Positions 1-10,660 are shown, counted from the first letter of the stretch. The stretch is DNA of 64,000 bases from an uncultured delta proteobacterium (GCA_963841435.1 CAWJCS010000003.1:1472001-1536000); one strand, 5' to 3'. Made by a program: numbers and translations. The notes: generated from the sequence alone by a model not told the origin.

Positions 1-1494
1 CTGGAACACCGTGTCGCACTGCACCCCGGCGGAACCGCAGCCGCCGCAGCTGTCCTTGTCCGTCGAGATCTGACGCTCGCAGCCGTTGTCGTAGTCGCCG
101 TCGCAATCGCCGTAGCCGGTCTGACAGCCCATGACCTGGCATTCGCCGTCGACGCACGTCGCCGTCCCGTTGGCGGCCGAACATTTGTTGCCACAGGCTC
201 CGCAATTGTCCACGGAATCGTCGGTGTTGACCTCGCAGCCGTCGTCGTAGCCGCCGTCCGAGTTGTCGCTGTTGCAGTTGGCCCAGCCGCCGTCACAGTC
301 GCTGACGACGCAGCCGTCGTCGGGGTCGCACGCGGGCGTGCCGTGAGCAACGCTGCAGAGGCCTCCGCAGCGACCGCAGCTCGTGATGTCGGACGTGAGG
401 TCCTGCTCGCAGCCGTCGCCCGGATCACCGTTGCAGTTGCCGAACCCCGGGTCGCACGTCGTCTGGCCGCACTCGCCGTCGAGACAATAGGCCGTCTTGC
501 CGGCGTCCTCCGGGCATTCGGTGTCGCAGCCGCCGCAGTGCGCGACGTCGTTCGCTACCGTGCTCTCGCAGCCGTCCTTGGTGTCGTCGTTGCAGTCCTC
601 GAAGCCCTTGTCGCAGGCGATCCTGCAGGCGGAGTCCTCGCACGAGGGCTTTCCATGGGTGTCGGGGCACTCGCTGCCGCACGCTCCGCAATCCCCGGCG
701 CTCGCGCTGGTGTCCGTCTCGCACCCGTCCGAGGGATCGTTGTTGCAGTCGTCCCAGGGCGGCTCACAGCTCGCTAGCTCGCACTCGCCTCCCGAGCAGG
801 CCGCCACGGCGTGGTCGAATTCACAGGCGTTGTCACAGGAGCCGCAATGGTCGACGGAGGTGAGCAGGTTCGTCTCGCACTCGTCGCTGAGGTCGGCGTC
901 ACACTCGCCGCGACCCTGGACGCAGAAGACGACGCAGCGCATCGTGTCTTCGTCGCAGACGCCGCTCGTGCAGTCGCTCGAGACGAGGCAAGGTGAGCCG
1001 GGCGGACAGGGGTCGCAGGTGCCGCCGCAGTCGCGCGCGGTTTCGTTACCGTTCTTGACGCCGTCGGTACAAGTGGCACCGGCGCAGTAGCCGTCCTCGC
1101 AGATCGAGCTCTTGCAGTCGCCGGGGACCAGGCAGAGCTGCCCCGCCTCGCAGGGCTTGCAGTCACCGCCACAGTCGATGTCGGTTTCCTTGCCGTCGAG
1201 GACTTCGTTGTCGCAACCAGGCTCCTGACAGAAACCTTCGATGCACTGCCCCTGGCGACAATCCAACGCCACCCCGCAGCCCATACCGAGGTCGCACCCG
1301 CGACAGGGGCCGCCGCAGTCCCTGTCGGTCTCCCCGGTGGCCGGCTCGAACAGATCGTTTTCGCAGTGACCCGCGGCAGGCGGGTTCGGAACGAAGCGAT
1401 AGTCCGGAGACGAGCACGCGACGGCGAGCGCGAGTCCAGCCAAGCTCCGAAGCACGGCACGCAGGCCGAACGTTCGAAAAGGCAGCACCGTCAC
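1..1494 (-). CDS. Cys-rich repeat lipoprotein (3' end runs off the window)
   Basis: Not in the ORF track; translated by hand from GTG at 1494 (or 1488): MTVLPFRTFGLRAVLRSLAGLALAVAC-SSPDY (lipobox). Then ETDxDCGG repeats, followed by repeated DCNxxxxDGCExxxxxDxxxCGxC units. Open to position 1. Confidence 0.85.
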   Translation of the reverse strand, partial: MTVLPFRTFGLRAVLRSLAGLALAVACSSPDYRFVPNPPAAGHCENDLFEPATGETDRDCGGPCRGCDLGMGCGVALDCRQGQCIEGFCQEPGCDNEVLDGKETDIDCGGDCKPCEAGQLCLVPGDCKSSICEDGYCAGATCTDGVKNGNETARDCGGTCDPCPPGSPCLVSSDCTSGVCDEDTMRCVVFCVQGRGECDADLSDECETNLLTSVDHCGSCDNACEFDHAVAACSGGECELASCEPPWDDCNNDPSDGCETDTSASAGDCGACGSECPDTHGKPSCEDSACRIACDKGFEDCNDDTKDGCESTVANDVAHCGGCDTECPEDAGKTAYCLDGECGQTTCDPGFGNCNGDPGDGCEQDLTSDITSCGRCGGLCSVAHGTPACDPDDGCVVSDCDGGWANCNSDNSDGGYDDGCEVNTDDSVDNCGACGNKCSAANGTATCVDGECQVMGCQTGYGDCDGDYDNGCERQISTDKDSCGGCGSAGVQCDTVFQ

Positions 1495-1520
1495 TAAGAT
1501 AACAGCGTTTCGGCCGCGCG

Positions 1521-2822
1521 TCAGCTTCCGCGCATCAAGTCCACGTACTTACGAATGGCCGCTTTCGCCTCGTCAGGGGCGTTCTCGAACTCGAAGCCCG
1601 TGGCATGTCAACCGGCCCTGCCTGTCTTGGTCCAGCGCGACACGGCGGTCGTCCGGCAGATCCGCCCCGTGATGGGCTCCGCGAAGCGAAACTCACCGCC
1701 GTCTCCGGCGGCGATGCCGCGGGCCGCGATGAACTGCACCCCACCCTCGGAAATCTCCTCGACCTGACCCGCGATCGTCTCTCCCGTCGCGAGGGTGAGC
1801 TGTGCCGGCGTGGTGTACGGCGCGCGCGGGAACCGGCGCTTGCCCGTCGCCGGCGTCACACCGGCGGCAGCACCCGCGGGCATCGAGCGAGCGACCGGCG
1901 TGTCGGCAAGTGTGTGCTTGTTGGAGCCGTCAGCGTCCGCCGTGGGCGGCGGACCGACATCCGGAGCGCCGACGAGCTCGACGAGCCCTTCGCGCACCTC
2001 CTCCATGCTTTGAAAGCGATTCGCAGGGTCACGCGCGAGGCAGCGCTCGACGATCGAGACGAGCTCCTTCGGCACGTCGGGACGCAGCGCCGCAAGCGAG
2101 GGCAACGACTTGGTCGATACCTGAACGAGCACCTCGGCGTAGCGGCCCTCGAACGGGACGGCGCCCGTCAAGAGCTCGAAGAGCACGACGCCGAGCGAGT
2201 ACACGTCGACGCGGTGATCCTGCTCGCCGTGGAGCTCGAGCGCCTCGGGCGCCATGTATTCGGGCGTGCCGACGATGGCACCCTCCTGGGTGAGCTTCTG
2301 CGCGGGCGCGGTGTGCGGCGCGTCGAGCATGCGCGCGATGCCGAAGTCGAAGAGCTTGACACCGCCCGAGCCGGCGGGCGTTGCGAACAGATTGTCGGGC
2401 TTGAGGTCCCGGTGGACGACGCCTCGCGCGTGACAGTGGCCGACAATCTGGGCGGTGCGCGCGCCGATGAGCGACACATCTTCCCAACCGAGCTTGGCGC
2501 GCGCCGCGAGCAAGCCGCCGAGCGTGCGGCCCTCGATGAGCTCGAGCACGAGATACGGCGCCGGGCCGTGTCTCCCTGCGTCGAGGATGTCGACGACGCC
2601 AGGATGCCTCGCCCGCGCGAGAGCGTCACCCTCGCGGAGCAGTCGCTCGTGAACGGCGGGGTCGCGTTCGCGGTCGCGGCGCGGCATCTTGAGCGCCACC
2701 TCGCGCCCCGTGACCCGATGGGTCGCGGCGTAGAGCTCGGCGGTTCCACCCGCCGCTATGAAGCGGCGGACCACGTAGCGGTGTTCGACGACGATCCCAG
2801 GCTCGAGCGGCGCGCCTTCCAT
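1521..2822 (-). CDS. Ser/Thr protein kinase with C-terminal PilZ domain; in-frame TGA at 1608-1610
   Basis: Motifs VALK, HRDLKPDN, DFG, GTPEYMAPE. PilZ-type KRRFPR and EISEGG. The same frame continues past the TGA as HATGFEFENAPDEAKAAIRKYVDLMRGS* to 1521, completing the PilZ domain. Confidence 0.85.
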
Positions 2823-2962
2823 AGATACCCCTAGTAATAACGGACATTTTGACGCTAGCATAAGGGCTCGTCTCTCGCTCGGATCTTCGCCGGAGCGCGG
2901 CGAGTAGCGAAATGCGCGACGGAACGCCCACACGTGCCCACCGTGCACTACCCGTGAGGCGC

Positions 2963-4723
2963 ATGCTCGGCGGTTTTCCTGGCTGGGCGTGGTGGCTCGT
3001 CGCCCTGTTCGCGCTCCTCTGCCACGCCTTCTGGGAGGGGCACGGGCTTTTCGATCCCGCGTTCCGAAACCCCAACGTCGCAGGCATCGCGTACAACGCA
3101 CGACTGCTCGCGTCCGGCGCGTTGCCCTACGTCGCGTCCAGCGACATCAAGCCGCCCGGCGCGTTCTTCCTGTTCACACCGCTGCTCGACCTCGGAGGAA
3201 TGCGCGCCGTGTGGGGCATGGCCGTCTTCTGGGGCGCTTCCTTGTCGATCGCAACCGGCATCCTCGCAGAGCTCGTGTGGGGGCGGGGCGCGGGTCTGCG
3301 GGCGGTGATGCTGCACGCGCTGTGCGCGGCCGTCGCTTCCGACGCGGACATCAACTACTCCTTCTGGATGGCGGCGCCGTTCACGCTGTCCGCCGCCTGC
3401 GCGTGCCACGCCACGCGGGTCCTGGTCGCTCGTCGCGCCAACGTTTCCTGGGCGCTCTGCGGCGCGCTCGCGATGCTCGCCGTCGCCATCAAGCCTTCGG
3501 CGTGGCCGCTCGCCCTGCTCTTCGCGGCGCTGCTCGGACGCGAGGTCCTGCGCGGCAACCGGAAACGCGCGGCGCTCGGCGCACTTTCCGGCGCCGGGGG
3601 CGCCGTGGTCGTCGCGGCGCTCGTCGCGTTGCCGTACGCGGTCTTCGGGGAGTTCGGTGCGCTGGCCGCTGGAATGCGAGACGTTTCCACCTTCGGCAAC
3701 GAGTACGTGGCCGCCGTGCGGGACCCTTCGGGCGGCCGACTTCCCGCGATCTTGCGCGGGCTCCCCTGCTTTGCGGAGCAGATGCCGGGGCCGATGGTCC
3801 TCGCAGCGCTCGGGCTCGGCGGCCTGTTCTCGCACGAGAAACCCCGCGCGCCGCTCGCGCTCGGCGCCTACGCGTTCCTCGTGGCGGCCTTCGTGGGGAC
3901 GACCTTCACGCTGAGGTTTTTCTCGCACGACAACGCGGAGCTGTGGCCGGCGCTCGCTGTGATCGCGGTGCGTCCCGCCGGCGTGCTCGGCAGGGCGCTC
4001 GACGGGTTGAAAGCCGTCGTGGGTCGGCTGCGCGGCGTGCCGCATCGGGTGCGAGCGCTCGCCGTTCCCGCCGTCACCCTGGCCGTGGGCGTCGCCGCGG
4101 CGTGGCCCGGGTTCGAGTCGCGCTGGGGATACGTGCACTGGATGGCGGAGCGCGATCACGAGGTGCACGCGATCTGCGACGGGCTCTCGGATCGGTTGCC
4201 ACCCGGCGAGCCGGTTCTCGCCTGGGGTTGGAACGCTTGGAGCGTGTACGAGCACTGCCAAAGGCGCGCGCCGGGCCGCGTGTTCAAGGTCATCGCTTCG
4301 GTCACCAGCGTGAACACCAACACGTGCAACGCAGGCTTCGGGCCCATGGTGCTGAGGAACGACGCCGGCCCGAGCACTTTCCTCGAGGAGGTCGTGCGGC
4401 ATCCGCCGAGCCTCCTGCTCTGGTCAACCTATTTCGAGGAAATGGGGGGCGACCCACTCGACGGTTGGGCAGCACTCAAGACGTTCATTGGCGAGCGCTA
4501 CGTCGCCGTCGAAGCGCGTGGGCCCTTCGTTGCCTTGTTGCGGAGCGACCTGGTAGACGGCAAGCCCGGTGCGAGCGCTCAGCTCGGGGCGTCGTCCTTC
4601 GAAGCCTCGGGGAGCGGGACGTACGGCTGGTCCGCTCGCGCCGGCTCGGTGTGGACGAGCACGTCACGGACTCCCGAGAACTTGCCCTTGATGGCATCGA
4701 TGACCCAGTGCGTGACGCGGTGA
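2963..4723 (+). CDS. Polytopic membrane protein, probable GT-C (ArnT/PMT-like) glycosyltransferase
   Basis: Many hydrophobic segments; G.LPY....D.KPPG and A.AIKP motifs; soluble C-terminal domain. The 3' end overlaps the convergent CDF gene. Confidence 0.6.
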   Translation: MLGGFPGWAWWLVALFALLCHAFWEGHGLFDPAFRNPNVAGIAYNARLLASGALPYVASSDIKPPGAFFLFTPLLDLGGMRAVWGMAVFWGASLSIATGILAELVWGRGAGLRAVMLHALCAAVASDADINYSFWMAAPFTLSAACACHATRVLVARRANVSWALCGALAMLAVAIKPSAWPLALLFAALLGREVLRGNRKRAALGALSGAGGAVVVAALVALPYAVFGEFGALAAGMRDVSTFGNEYVAAVRDPSGGRLPAILRGLPCFAEQMPGPMVLAALGLGGLFSHEKPRAPLALGAYAFLVAAFVGTTFTLRFFSHDNAELWPALAVIAVRPAGVLGRALDGLKAVVGRLRGVPHRVRALAVPAVTLAVGVAAAWPGFESRWGYVHWMAERDHEVHAICDGLSDRLPPGEPVLAWGWNAWSVYEHCQRRAPGRVFKVIASVTSVNTNTCNAGFGPMVLRNDAGPSTFLEEVVRHPPSLLLWSTYFEEMGGDPLDGWAALKTFIGERYVAVEARGPFVALLRSDLVDGKPGASAQLGASSFEASGSGTYGWSARAGSVWTSTSRTPENLPLMASMTQCVTR

Positions 4724-5520
4724 GCCTCGACGACGGTGAGCGTGGGCGCGACCTGGATGTGGAGGTCGACGTAGATGCGGCCGGGAATACCACGGGTGCG
4801 GACCTTGTGCGCGCTGGCGACGCCCGGTACCGCACAGGCCACGTGCTCGACGAGATCCGCCTCGAGACGCGCCGAGTCGGCGAGGTAGCCGAGATTCTCG
4901 CGCAGCACGCCGATGCCGGCCCAGGCGATGAATCCCGCGACCGCGACGGCCGCGAAGACGTCGGCGCGCGTGAACCCTAGCCGAACCAGCACGGCGGTCG
5001 CGAGCACGCCGAGCGTCACCAGGACGTCCGAACGCGTGTGCGCCGCATCGCTCACCAAAAAGGGGCTCCCCAGCGCTTCGCCCCGCGAGCGCTCGTAACG
5101 CGAGACGCCCACGTTGACGGCGAGCGTCCCGAGCAGCACGACGAAGGCCATCGCGTCGATCCTGGGAACGGAGCCGCTGCCCGCGGTGAGCTCGCGCACG
5201 CCGCCGCTGACAACGTCGGCGGCCATGCCGAGCAAGCTTATCCCGAGCAGCCCGGCCGCAATCACCTCGAACTTGTGGTGACCGTAAGGATGGCCTCGAT
5301 CCGCAGGTCGGCTGGCGAGCCACAACCCCACGAGCCCGACCAGGTTGTTGGCCGAGTCGGTGAGCGAATGGAAGCCGTCGGCGCGGATCGAGAGGGCGTT
5401 CGCGACGTGACCGTAGGCGATCTTCGCCGCGGCGACGGCGAGGTTCAGCAGCAGCGTTAGCCAGACGACCCGGCGAACGGCGCGGTCCCGATCGTCCTCG
5501 GGGTCCGCGGACGAGGTCAT
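4579..5520 (-). CDS. Cation diffusion facilitator (FieF-like) transporter
   Basis: ADGFHSLTD, HPYGHHKFE, SDAAHTRSD and C-terminal VDLHI...VLVHTEP motifs. Confidence 0.92.
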   Translation of the reverse strand: MTSSADPEDDRDRAVRRVVWLTLLLNLAVAAAKIAYGHVANALSIRADGFHSLTDSANNLVGLVGLWLASRPADRGHPYGHHKFEVIAAGLLGISLLGMAADVVSGGVRELTAGSGSVPRIDAMAFVVLLGTLAVNVGVSRYERSRGEALGSPFLVSDAAHTRSDVLVTLGVLATAVLVRLGFTRADVFAAVAVAGFIAWAGIGVLRENLGYLADSARLEADLVEHVACAVPGVASAHKVRTRGIPGRIYVDLHIQVAPTLTVVEAHRVTHWVIDAIKGKFSGVRDVLVHTEPARADQPYVPLPEASKDDAPS

Positions 5521-5521
5521 G

Positions 5522-7090
5522 TCAGGGGGTCTTCCTGAGCGTCGCGGCCGTCGCCTTCGCGGCCTTTGCGTACTCGTGCGCGAGTGGCACCGCCGCCGTG
5601 TCGACGGCGTTCGCACCCTTCTCGAGCAACTTCTCGGCCTTGGAAAAGCGCGCCACGATGTCGTCCCAGAACGTGGGATCGTTCTGCCTGGGCGCCAGCT
5701 GGAGGAGGTACGCCGCGTCGAAGGCGGCGCGCCCCGCGTAGCGCGAGCGCCGCGCCACTTCGGCGTCGAGGGCGCTCACGTCACCCGTCCCGTTGACGAA
5801 GGGGCCCTTGACCATGAGCTCGGCCGCGTCCTCGGGGCCGTTGACGAGCGCCTTCGCGATGGCCAAAAGGAGCCTTTTGCCGTCGTCGAGCTTGTCGGTC
5901 GAGAGCAGCGCGCTCGCGCGCTGAAAGGCGCGCGCCCTGAAGTAGCGCTGGCCCAACTCGACGAGGGCGTGCGCGAGAAGCGCGCGAGCCGCCGGAGGTG
6001 CGCCGGGTACCTCCACCTTTTTCTGAAGCTTTGCGGGAAATCCTCGCCCAAGCAGGGCGCGCAGGAGCTTCGTGTCGGTTGGATCCGCATCGGGGACCAG
6101 CTCGCCCATGTAGAAGGTGGGAAGCTGGTTCGCCAGCACGAGCTCGGGCCGCGAGGTGTCGAGCTCGGGCAAATCGGGGAGCATGAGGCGATCGAGCGTG
6201 TCCACGCGGCTCCCGCTCCAGAGCTTGGTGAGCAGCGCACGCGCGCGCTCGACGCGTTCGTCGTGAACGGACCCGATGGCCGCGAAGGCACGCAGCCCCA
6301 CGAGCGCGGCGTCACGACCGCGGACCTTCCGCGGCTCGAGCGCCTCGTCGAGCGCCGCGTAGTACGTCGCTTCGACGGCCTTGTCCGCCTTCATCTCGTC
6401 GGGAAGCGACACCGCGCGGACCATCTCGACGAAGCGCAAGTCGGCGTTGCCCGCTGCGATAGCGGCGACGCCACGGCCGTAGCCACCAAGGTGCGCGCCG
6501 GTGAGCGAGAGCTTCTCGATCGCCGCGGCTTGCGAGAGAACCCACGGCGTTAGCACCTCGGCAAAGAACGCCTGAAAGCGCTGCTTGGTCACGGGGGGCT
6601 CGGGGCTCGGCGGATCGGCGAGCAGGCGCGCAAGCCGCGCCGAGACGACGAGCCCGAGCATCAAGCCCTCGGTCTCGCGGGAAAGCCCTTCCGGAGGGTT
6701 CTCGAGCACGGGCGTCACGAGCGCGTCGGCGCAGCCACTCGGGCCGATCTCGGCGCGCAGGGCGCGCACGAGGCCAGGGGGGAAGTCGGGCAGGTTCTCG
6801 ATGCACGCGAGCGCCGCGTCACTCTGCCCCGAGGGACCGTGCTCGACGGCGGCCGCCAGCGCAACGAGCGCCGGGCCCGAGGGCGCGCAGCCGTTCGTCG
6901 GGTGAGCGGCCAGCGCCTCGCACTCGGCGGGCGGCGGAGGAACCGCGGCCGCCTCGATCCCGGGCTTCTCGGCGACGGGCGGCTCGGGCTCGGGCGCGAC
7001 GGGAGCCGGCGGCGGCACGCTCACCGGCGGCGGCGGGCTCGCGGCACAACCGGCGGCGAGGAAGAGCAGCAGGGCTGCCGAGGGTCGCAT
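5522..7090 (-). CDS. Hypothetical lipoprotein
   Basis: MRPSAALLLFLAAGC lipobox, Pro-rich linker, helical body. Confidence 0.75.
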   Translation of the reverse strand: MRPSAALLLFLAAGCAASPPPPVSVPPPAPVAPEPEPPVAEKPGIEAAAVPPPPAECEALAAHPTNGCAPSGPALVALAAAVEHGPSGQSDAALACIENLPDFPPGLVRALRAEIGPSGCADALVTPVLENPPEGLSRETEGLMLGLVVSARLARLLADPPSPEPPVTKQRFQAFFAEVLTPWVLSQAAAIEKLSLTGAHLGGYGRGVAAIAAGNADLRFVEMVRAVSLPDEMKADKAVEATYYAALDEALEPRKVRGRDAALVGLRAFAAIGSVHDERVERARALLTKLWSGSRVDTLDRLMLPDLPELDTSRPELVLANQLPTFYMGELVPDADPTDTKLLRALLGRGFPAKLQKKVEVPGAPPAARALLAHALVELGQRYFRARAFQRASALLSTDKLDDGKRLLLAIAKALVNGPEDAAELMVKGPFVNGTGDVSALDAEVARRSRYAGRAAFDAAYLLQLAPRQNDPTFWDDIVARFSKAEKLLEKGANAVDTAAVPLAHEYAKAAKATAATLRKTP

Positions 7091-7140
7091 GCCGTCGAGC
7101 TTAGGCAAAAGCCGCCGTTCCTGCGCGAGATTCTCCGAGC

Positions 7141-8460
7141 CTAGCCGCTCCCTGCGCCCTCGCCCGGCCCGAACGGCGGTTCGGCGGCGGGTGGCTCGGC
7201 ATTCGGCGCGGGCACGGGAGGCGTCACGACAACTGGAGCCGGCGGCTGCTCGGCCTGGACGGCGCGGCGGGCGAGCGGAAAGCCGACGGCGAACGTGAGG
7301 ATCGTGGTGAACACGGCGGCAAACACGGCAACCGGCAGCGTTTGCGTCCCGGGCACGCCAGCCGCGGCGGGGAGCGTGGCGAGGACCCCGGCCGCCATGC
7401 CGCGCGGCAAGCTCACCACCACGATTTTGGTCTGACCGGGTGACAGGCCGCTGCCGAGCACGGCGAGTCGCGCCGCAGGAACCCGCACCAAGAAGAGCAC
7501 GATGCCGAGGAGCAGCCCGAGCGCGATGAGGGGCCAGGGCGGCCCCAGCATGGCGCCGATGAACACGAAGAAGAACGACTTGATGATGAAGGTCATCTGC
7601 CGGTGAAAGCCGCGCACCGAGCTGTCGAGCTCCACGGGCGTCGCGAGCCCGATGCCCTTGGTGAGCGTCTTCGCGTTGCCCAAGACCACGGCGAACGTGA
7701 GAATGCCGAACGCGGCGCTGCCGCCCGCGCGCTCGACGGCGACGTAAAGCACGAGCAGGGCCGAGAGCGTGATCGGATAGGCGTGCTCGCTCTTCGCGAG
7801 CCAGTGCAGGAGCAGGAGCCAGAACACGCCCGAGACCAGCCCGACGGCGAGCGCGATGCCGAACTGGCGACCCAACGTGAGGAGCGGGCTCTCGCTAGGA
7901 CCGGCGGCGCTGCCTAGCAGCACCGCCATCAACGCCGTCGTCCCGACGACGCAGAGCGCGTCGGTGAGGGCGGACTCGAGGCCGACGAGGTTCGCGACCT
8001 TGGGCTCCATCCTGGCGCGGCTCATGGCCGGCATGACGATGATGGAGCTCGAACCGCCGAGGATCGTACCGAGCATGAAGCCGTGAACGAGCGTCCACTC
8101 GGGTGGCAAGAGGCCGAGCGCGCGAGCCGCCATGCTCATGAGCGCCATCACGAGCACGGCCGAGGAAAAGGTGAGCGAAGCGAGCAGGAGCGATCTCGGT
8201 GCCGCCTGCGAAAGCTCGCCGAGCCGGAGCGCGCTGCCACCTTCGAAGAGCACGATCACGAGCGTGATGGCCGCAAAGAACGGCGCGATCTGCCCCAGGA
8301 GCTCGCGCGAGACCATCCCCGTGATCGGACCGAGCAAAATGCCGGCCACGATGAGCCAGATCACGTCCGGGACGTTGGTGCGCTGGAAAACGATTTCTCC
8401 CAGTGCACCGAGCAGGAAGATCCCGGCGATGGAGAGAAGGAACATGGAGACCGGGCCCAT
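7141..8460 (-). CDS. Cation:proton antiporter (CPA1/NhaP-like)
   Basis: About 12 hydrophobic segments; LFEGG, LESALTD and PRGMAAGVLA motifs. Confidence 0.88.
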   Translation of the reverse strand: MGPVSMFLLSIAGIFLLGALGEIVFQRTNVPDVIWLIVAGILLGPITGMVSRELLGQIAPFFAAITLVIVLFEGGSALRLGELSQAAPRSLLLASLTFSSAVLVMALMSMAARALGLLPPEWTLVHGFMLGTILGGSSSIIVMPAMSRARMEPKVANLVGLESALTDALCVVGTTALMAVLLGSAAGPSESPLLTLGRQFGIALAVGLVSGVFWLLLLHWLAKSEHAYPITLSALLVLYVAVERAGGSAAFGILTFAVVLGNAKTLTKGIGLATPVELDSSVRGFHRQMTFIIKSFFFVFIGAMLGPPWPLIALGLLLGIVLFLVRVPAARLAVLGSGLSPGQTKIVVVSLPRGMAAGVLATLPAAAGVPGTQTLPVAVFAAVFTTILTFAVGFPLARRAVQAEQPPAPVVVTPPVPAPNAEPPAAEPPFGPGEGAGSG

Positions 8461-8514
8461 CGGGGGATCATATCAGGTGCGAAAGCCCGAGCGCGTGCCA
8501 TGATGGCGCGAGAA

Positions 8515-9225
8515 ATGAGCGCCCCGTCGCCCCGAGCATTGCTGCTCCTCGCCGCGGTGTCCGGAGGAGTGGTCGGCGGCTTCGTGTCGTACGGCGTGAT
8601 GCGCGCCGGGCACCCCGCGACGAAGGCCGCGCCCAGCGCGAGCGCCGCGAACGACCTCGACGAGCGGATGGCGGCGCTCGAAGCCAAGGTCGGCGCGCTC
8701 GGGCGACAGAGGGCGCTCGGCCCGGCGTTGCGCGCGGTGCTGGCCGCCCCTGCGAAGAATGCCGCCGCACCTGCGACGAGCGGCGGTGACGACACCAGGG
8801 GCAGCGCCGACGGGTCCGCCTTGGTCGACGACCCGGTGTTCGAAGCAGCCGTGCGTAACGTCGTGGATCGAGCGCAGGAAGAGCGTGAAAACGAACGGCA
8901 GCTGCAGCGCGACGAGCAGCGGCGCGCTGCAGCACAACGGTGGTCGTCCGAGCTCGGTGAAAAACTCGGTTTGCGCGACGAGCAGAAAGCAGCGCTCGAG
9001 ACGCTGGCGCGAGAATTCTACGACGGTCTTCGTGAAACGTTGCGTGGCGGTGACGCGGGCGCTCCCGTCGGCTTCGAGGCGAGGCGCGAGGCGGTGCGAA
9101 CCTTGCGCGACAAGTACGAGGGGAAGCTCGGCGGGGTGCTCGATGCCGGCCAGATGCGCGAGTACGAAAAGCTCGACGACGCGCTCAAGCTCGGCGCCAG
9201 GCCCCGCTTTCGCGGACCACCGTGA
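8515..9225 (+). CDS. Hypothetical membrane-anchored coiled-coil protein
   Basis: N-terminal hydrophobic segment, then a charged helical region. Start may be 8500 or 8515. Confidence 0.7.
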   Translation: MSAPSPRALLLLAAVSGGVVGGFVSYGVMRAGHPATKAAPSASAANDLDERMAALEAKVGALGRQRALGPALRAVLAAPAKNAAAPATSGGDDTRGSADGSALVDDPVFEAAVRNVVDRAQEERENERQLQRDEQRRAAAQRWSSELGEKLGLRDEQKAALETLAREFYDGLRETLRGGDAGAPVGFEARREAVRTLRDKYEGKLGGVLDAGQMREYEKLDDALKLGARPRFRGPP

Positions 9226-9261
9226 GCCGGAGCTCCGGGCGGGCGTCCGCGGGCGCCTCGG

Positions 9262-10632
9262 TCACGGAAGCAGCTTGAACTCGATGCGGCGGTTCTTCTG
9301 CCGCCCGCTTTGGCCCTTGTTGTCGGCTATCGGTTGCTCCGAGCCCGCGCCGCGCGTGCGGATGCGCTTCTCGTCCATGCCGTGCTCGACGAACCACTTC
9401 TTCACGGCCTCGGCGCGCTGCCGAGACAGCGTGAGGTTGTCCTCCGGCTTTCCAACGTCGTCGGTGTGCCCGGAAATCTCGATGCGCGTCTGCGGAAATT
9501 CCTGGAGCACGAGCAACGCGGCGTTCAGGACGCCCTCGGACACCCGACGGATCGTGTCCTTGCCGGTGTCGAATTCGATGCCCTGGATGACGCCCGTGAA
9601 CTTTCGCACCTTCTCGGGCACTTCGTCGGGGCAGCCGTCGTCGTCATCGAAACCATTGTGGGTCTCGGGCTCGTCCGGGCAGCGGTCGTTCGGGGCGAGC
9701 ACGCCGTCGTGATCGGGGTCGAGGTCCGGACAGCCGTTGACGGTCCCGGGCTCGGAGGGACAGTGGTCGTACTCGTCGGGCAAGCCGTCCGAGTCGGTGT
9801 CGCGCACGGGGCAGCCGCCGCGTCTCGCGCCGCCGGGTTCCGTTGGGCAAACGTCCTTCGAATCCGAGATGCCGTCGCCGTCAACGTCGCCGTCCGGGCA
9901 GCCGTCGGGGACGAGGCCGGGCTCGAGAGGGCAGCGATCGCTCGGGTCGACGATGCCGTCCCGGTCGGAGTCCCGGGGAGCGACGGCCGGAACGCAGCGC
10001 TCGTGGCGCGGCTCGAGTGCCACCGCGACACCAATCTGGAGCTCGGGGTCGTGGGTCAGATGTCCCTGGGCGGCGTTGGAACGCTGAATCAGGGTGTCGC
10101 GCAGGTCGAGCCGGAGCGACACGTTTTCGATCAGCGCGAGCTTCATGCCTGCGCCGAAGTGGAGCGCCGGATCGGTGTCGGTGCCCATGCTGCTGCTCGC
10201 CCCACCGAGCGCTCCGCCCCCGAACAGCGCGAACGGGACGAAGCGACCCAGGGGAAACTGGGCAATCGCATGGATACGTGCGCCGAAGATGGCCGCCGAC
10301 CCGTCGCTGTCCGTGCTCGAGTGAAGCCGCATCCCCTCGATCTCGGCGCCGGCGTAGCGCACCGGCAAAAAACCCACGCGGAGAGCGCCACCGACGCTCG
10401 TACCGTACGGCTCGAGGGCGTCGTGCTCGTCACGGAGGTTGTGGTGGGGGGAGGGCACCATGACCGACAGGCTCGCACCGATGCTCCATTCGAGGTCGCG
10501 CGGCTCGAGCGCCCGGGCATCGGAGGTGGTTTCGGAGGCCGGCGGCGCCACGCCGGGGGCCGCTTGCACCTCGCCCGCGAGAGCGGCGACGAAGAGCACT
10601 GACGCGAGAATCGAGCTGCGCGCCGTGGGCAT
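9262..10632 (-). CDS. OmpA-family protein (beta-barrel + thrombospondin-3-like Asp-rich repeats + OmpA C-terminal domain)
   Basis: Signal peptide; DxDxDGxxDxxDxCP repeats; ISGHTD...NLTLSRQRAEAVK...NRRIEF. Confidence 0.92.
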   Translation of the reverse strand: MPTARSSILASVLFVAALAGEVQAAPGVAPPASETTSDARALEPRDLEWSIGASLSVMVPSPHHNLRDEHDALEPYGTSVGGALRVGFLPVRYAGAEIEGMRLHSSTDSDGSAAIFGARIHAIAQFPLGRFVPFALFGGGALGGASSSMGTDTDPALHFGAGMKLALIENVSLRLDLRDTLIQRSNAAQGHLTHDPELQIGVAVALEPRHERCVPAVAPRDSDRDGIVDPSDRCPLEPGLVPDGCPDGDVDGDGISDSKDVCPTEPGGARRGGCPVRDTDSDGLPDEYDHCPSEPGTVNGCPDLDPDHDGVLAPNDRCPDEPETHNGFDDDDGCPDEVPEKVRKFTGVIQGIEFDTGKDTIRRVSEGVLNAALLVLQEFPQTRIEISGHTDDVGKPEDNLTLSRQRAEAVKKWFVEHGMDEKRIRTRGAGSEQPIADNKGQSGRQKNRRIEFKLLP

Positions 10633-10660
10633 CGGTCCGTCTCCCAGCGCCGTCACGGGC

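Noticed and set aside
1570-1610. Selenocysteine at the in-frame TGA of the kinase
   Set aside because: The position is a PilZ loop with no redox motif; only a weak GGGC/GCCC stem follows, not a convincing SECIS.
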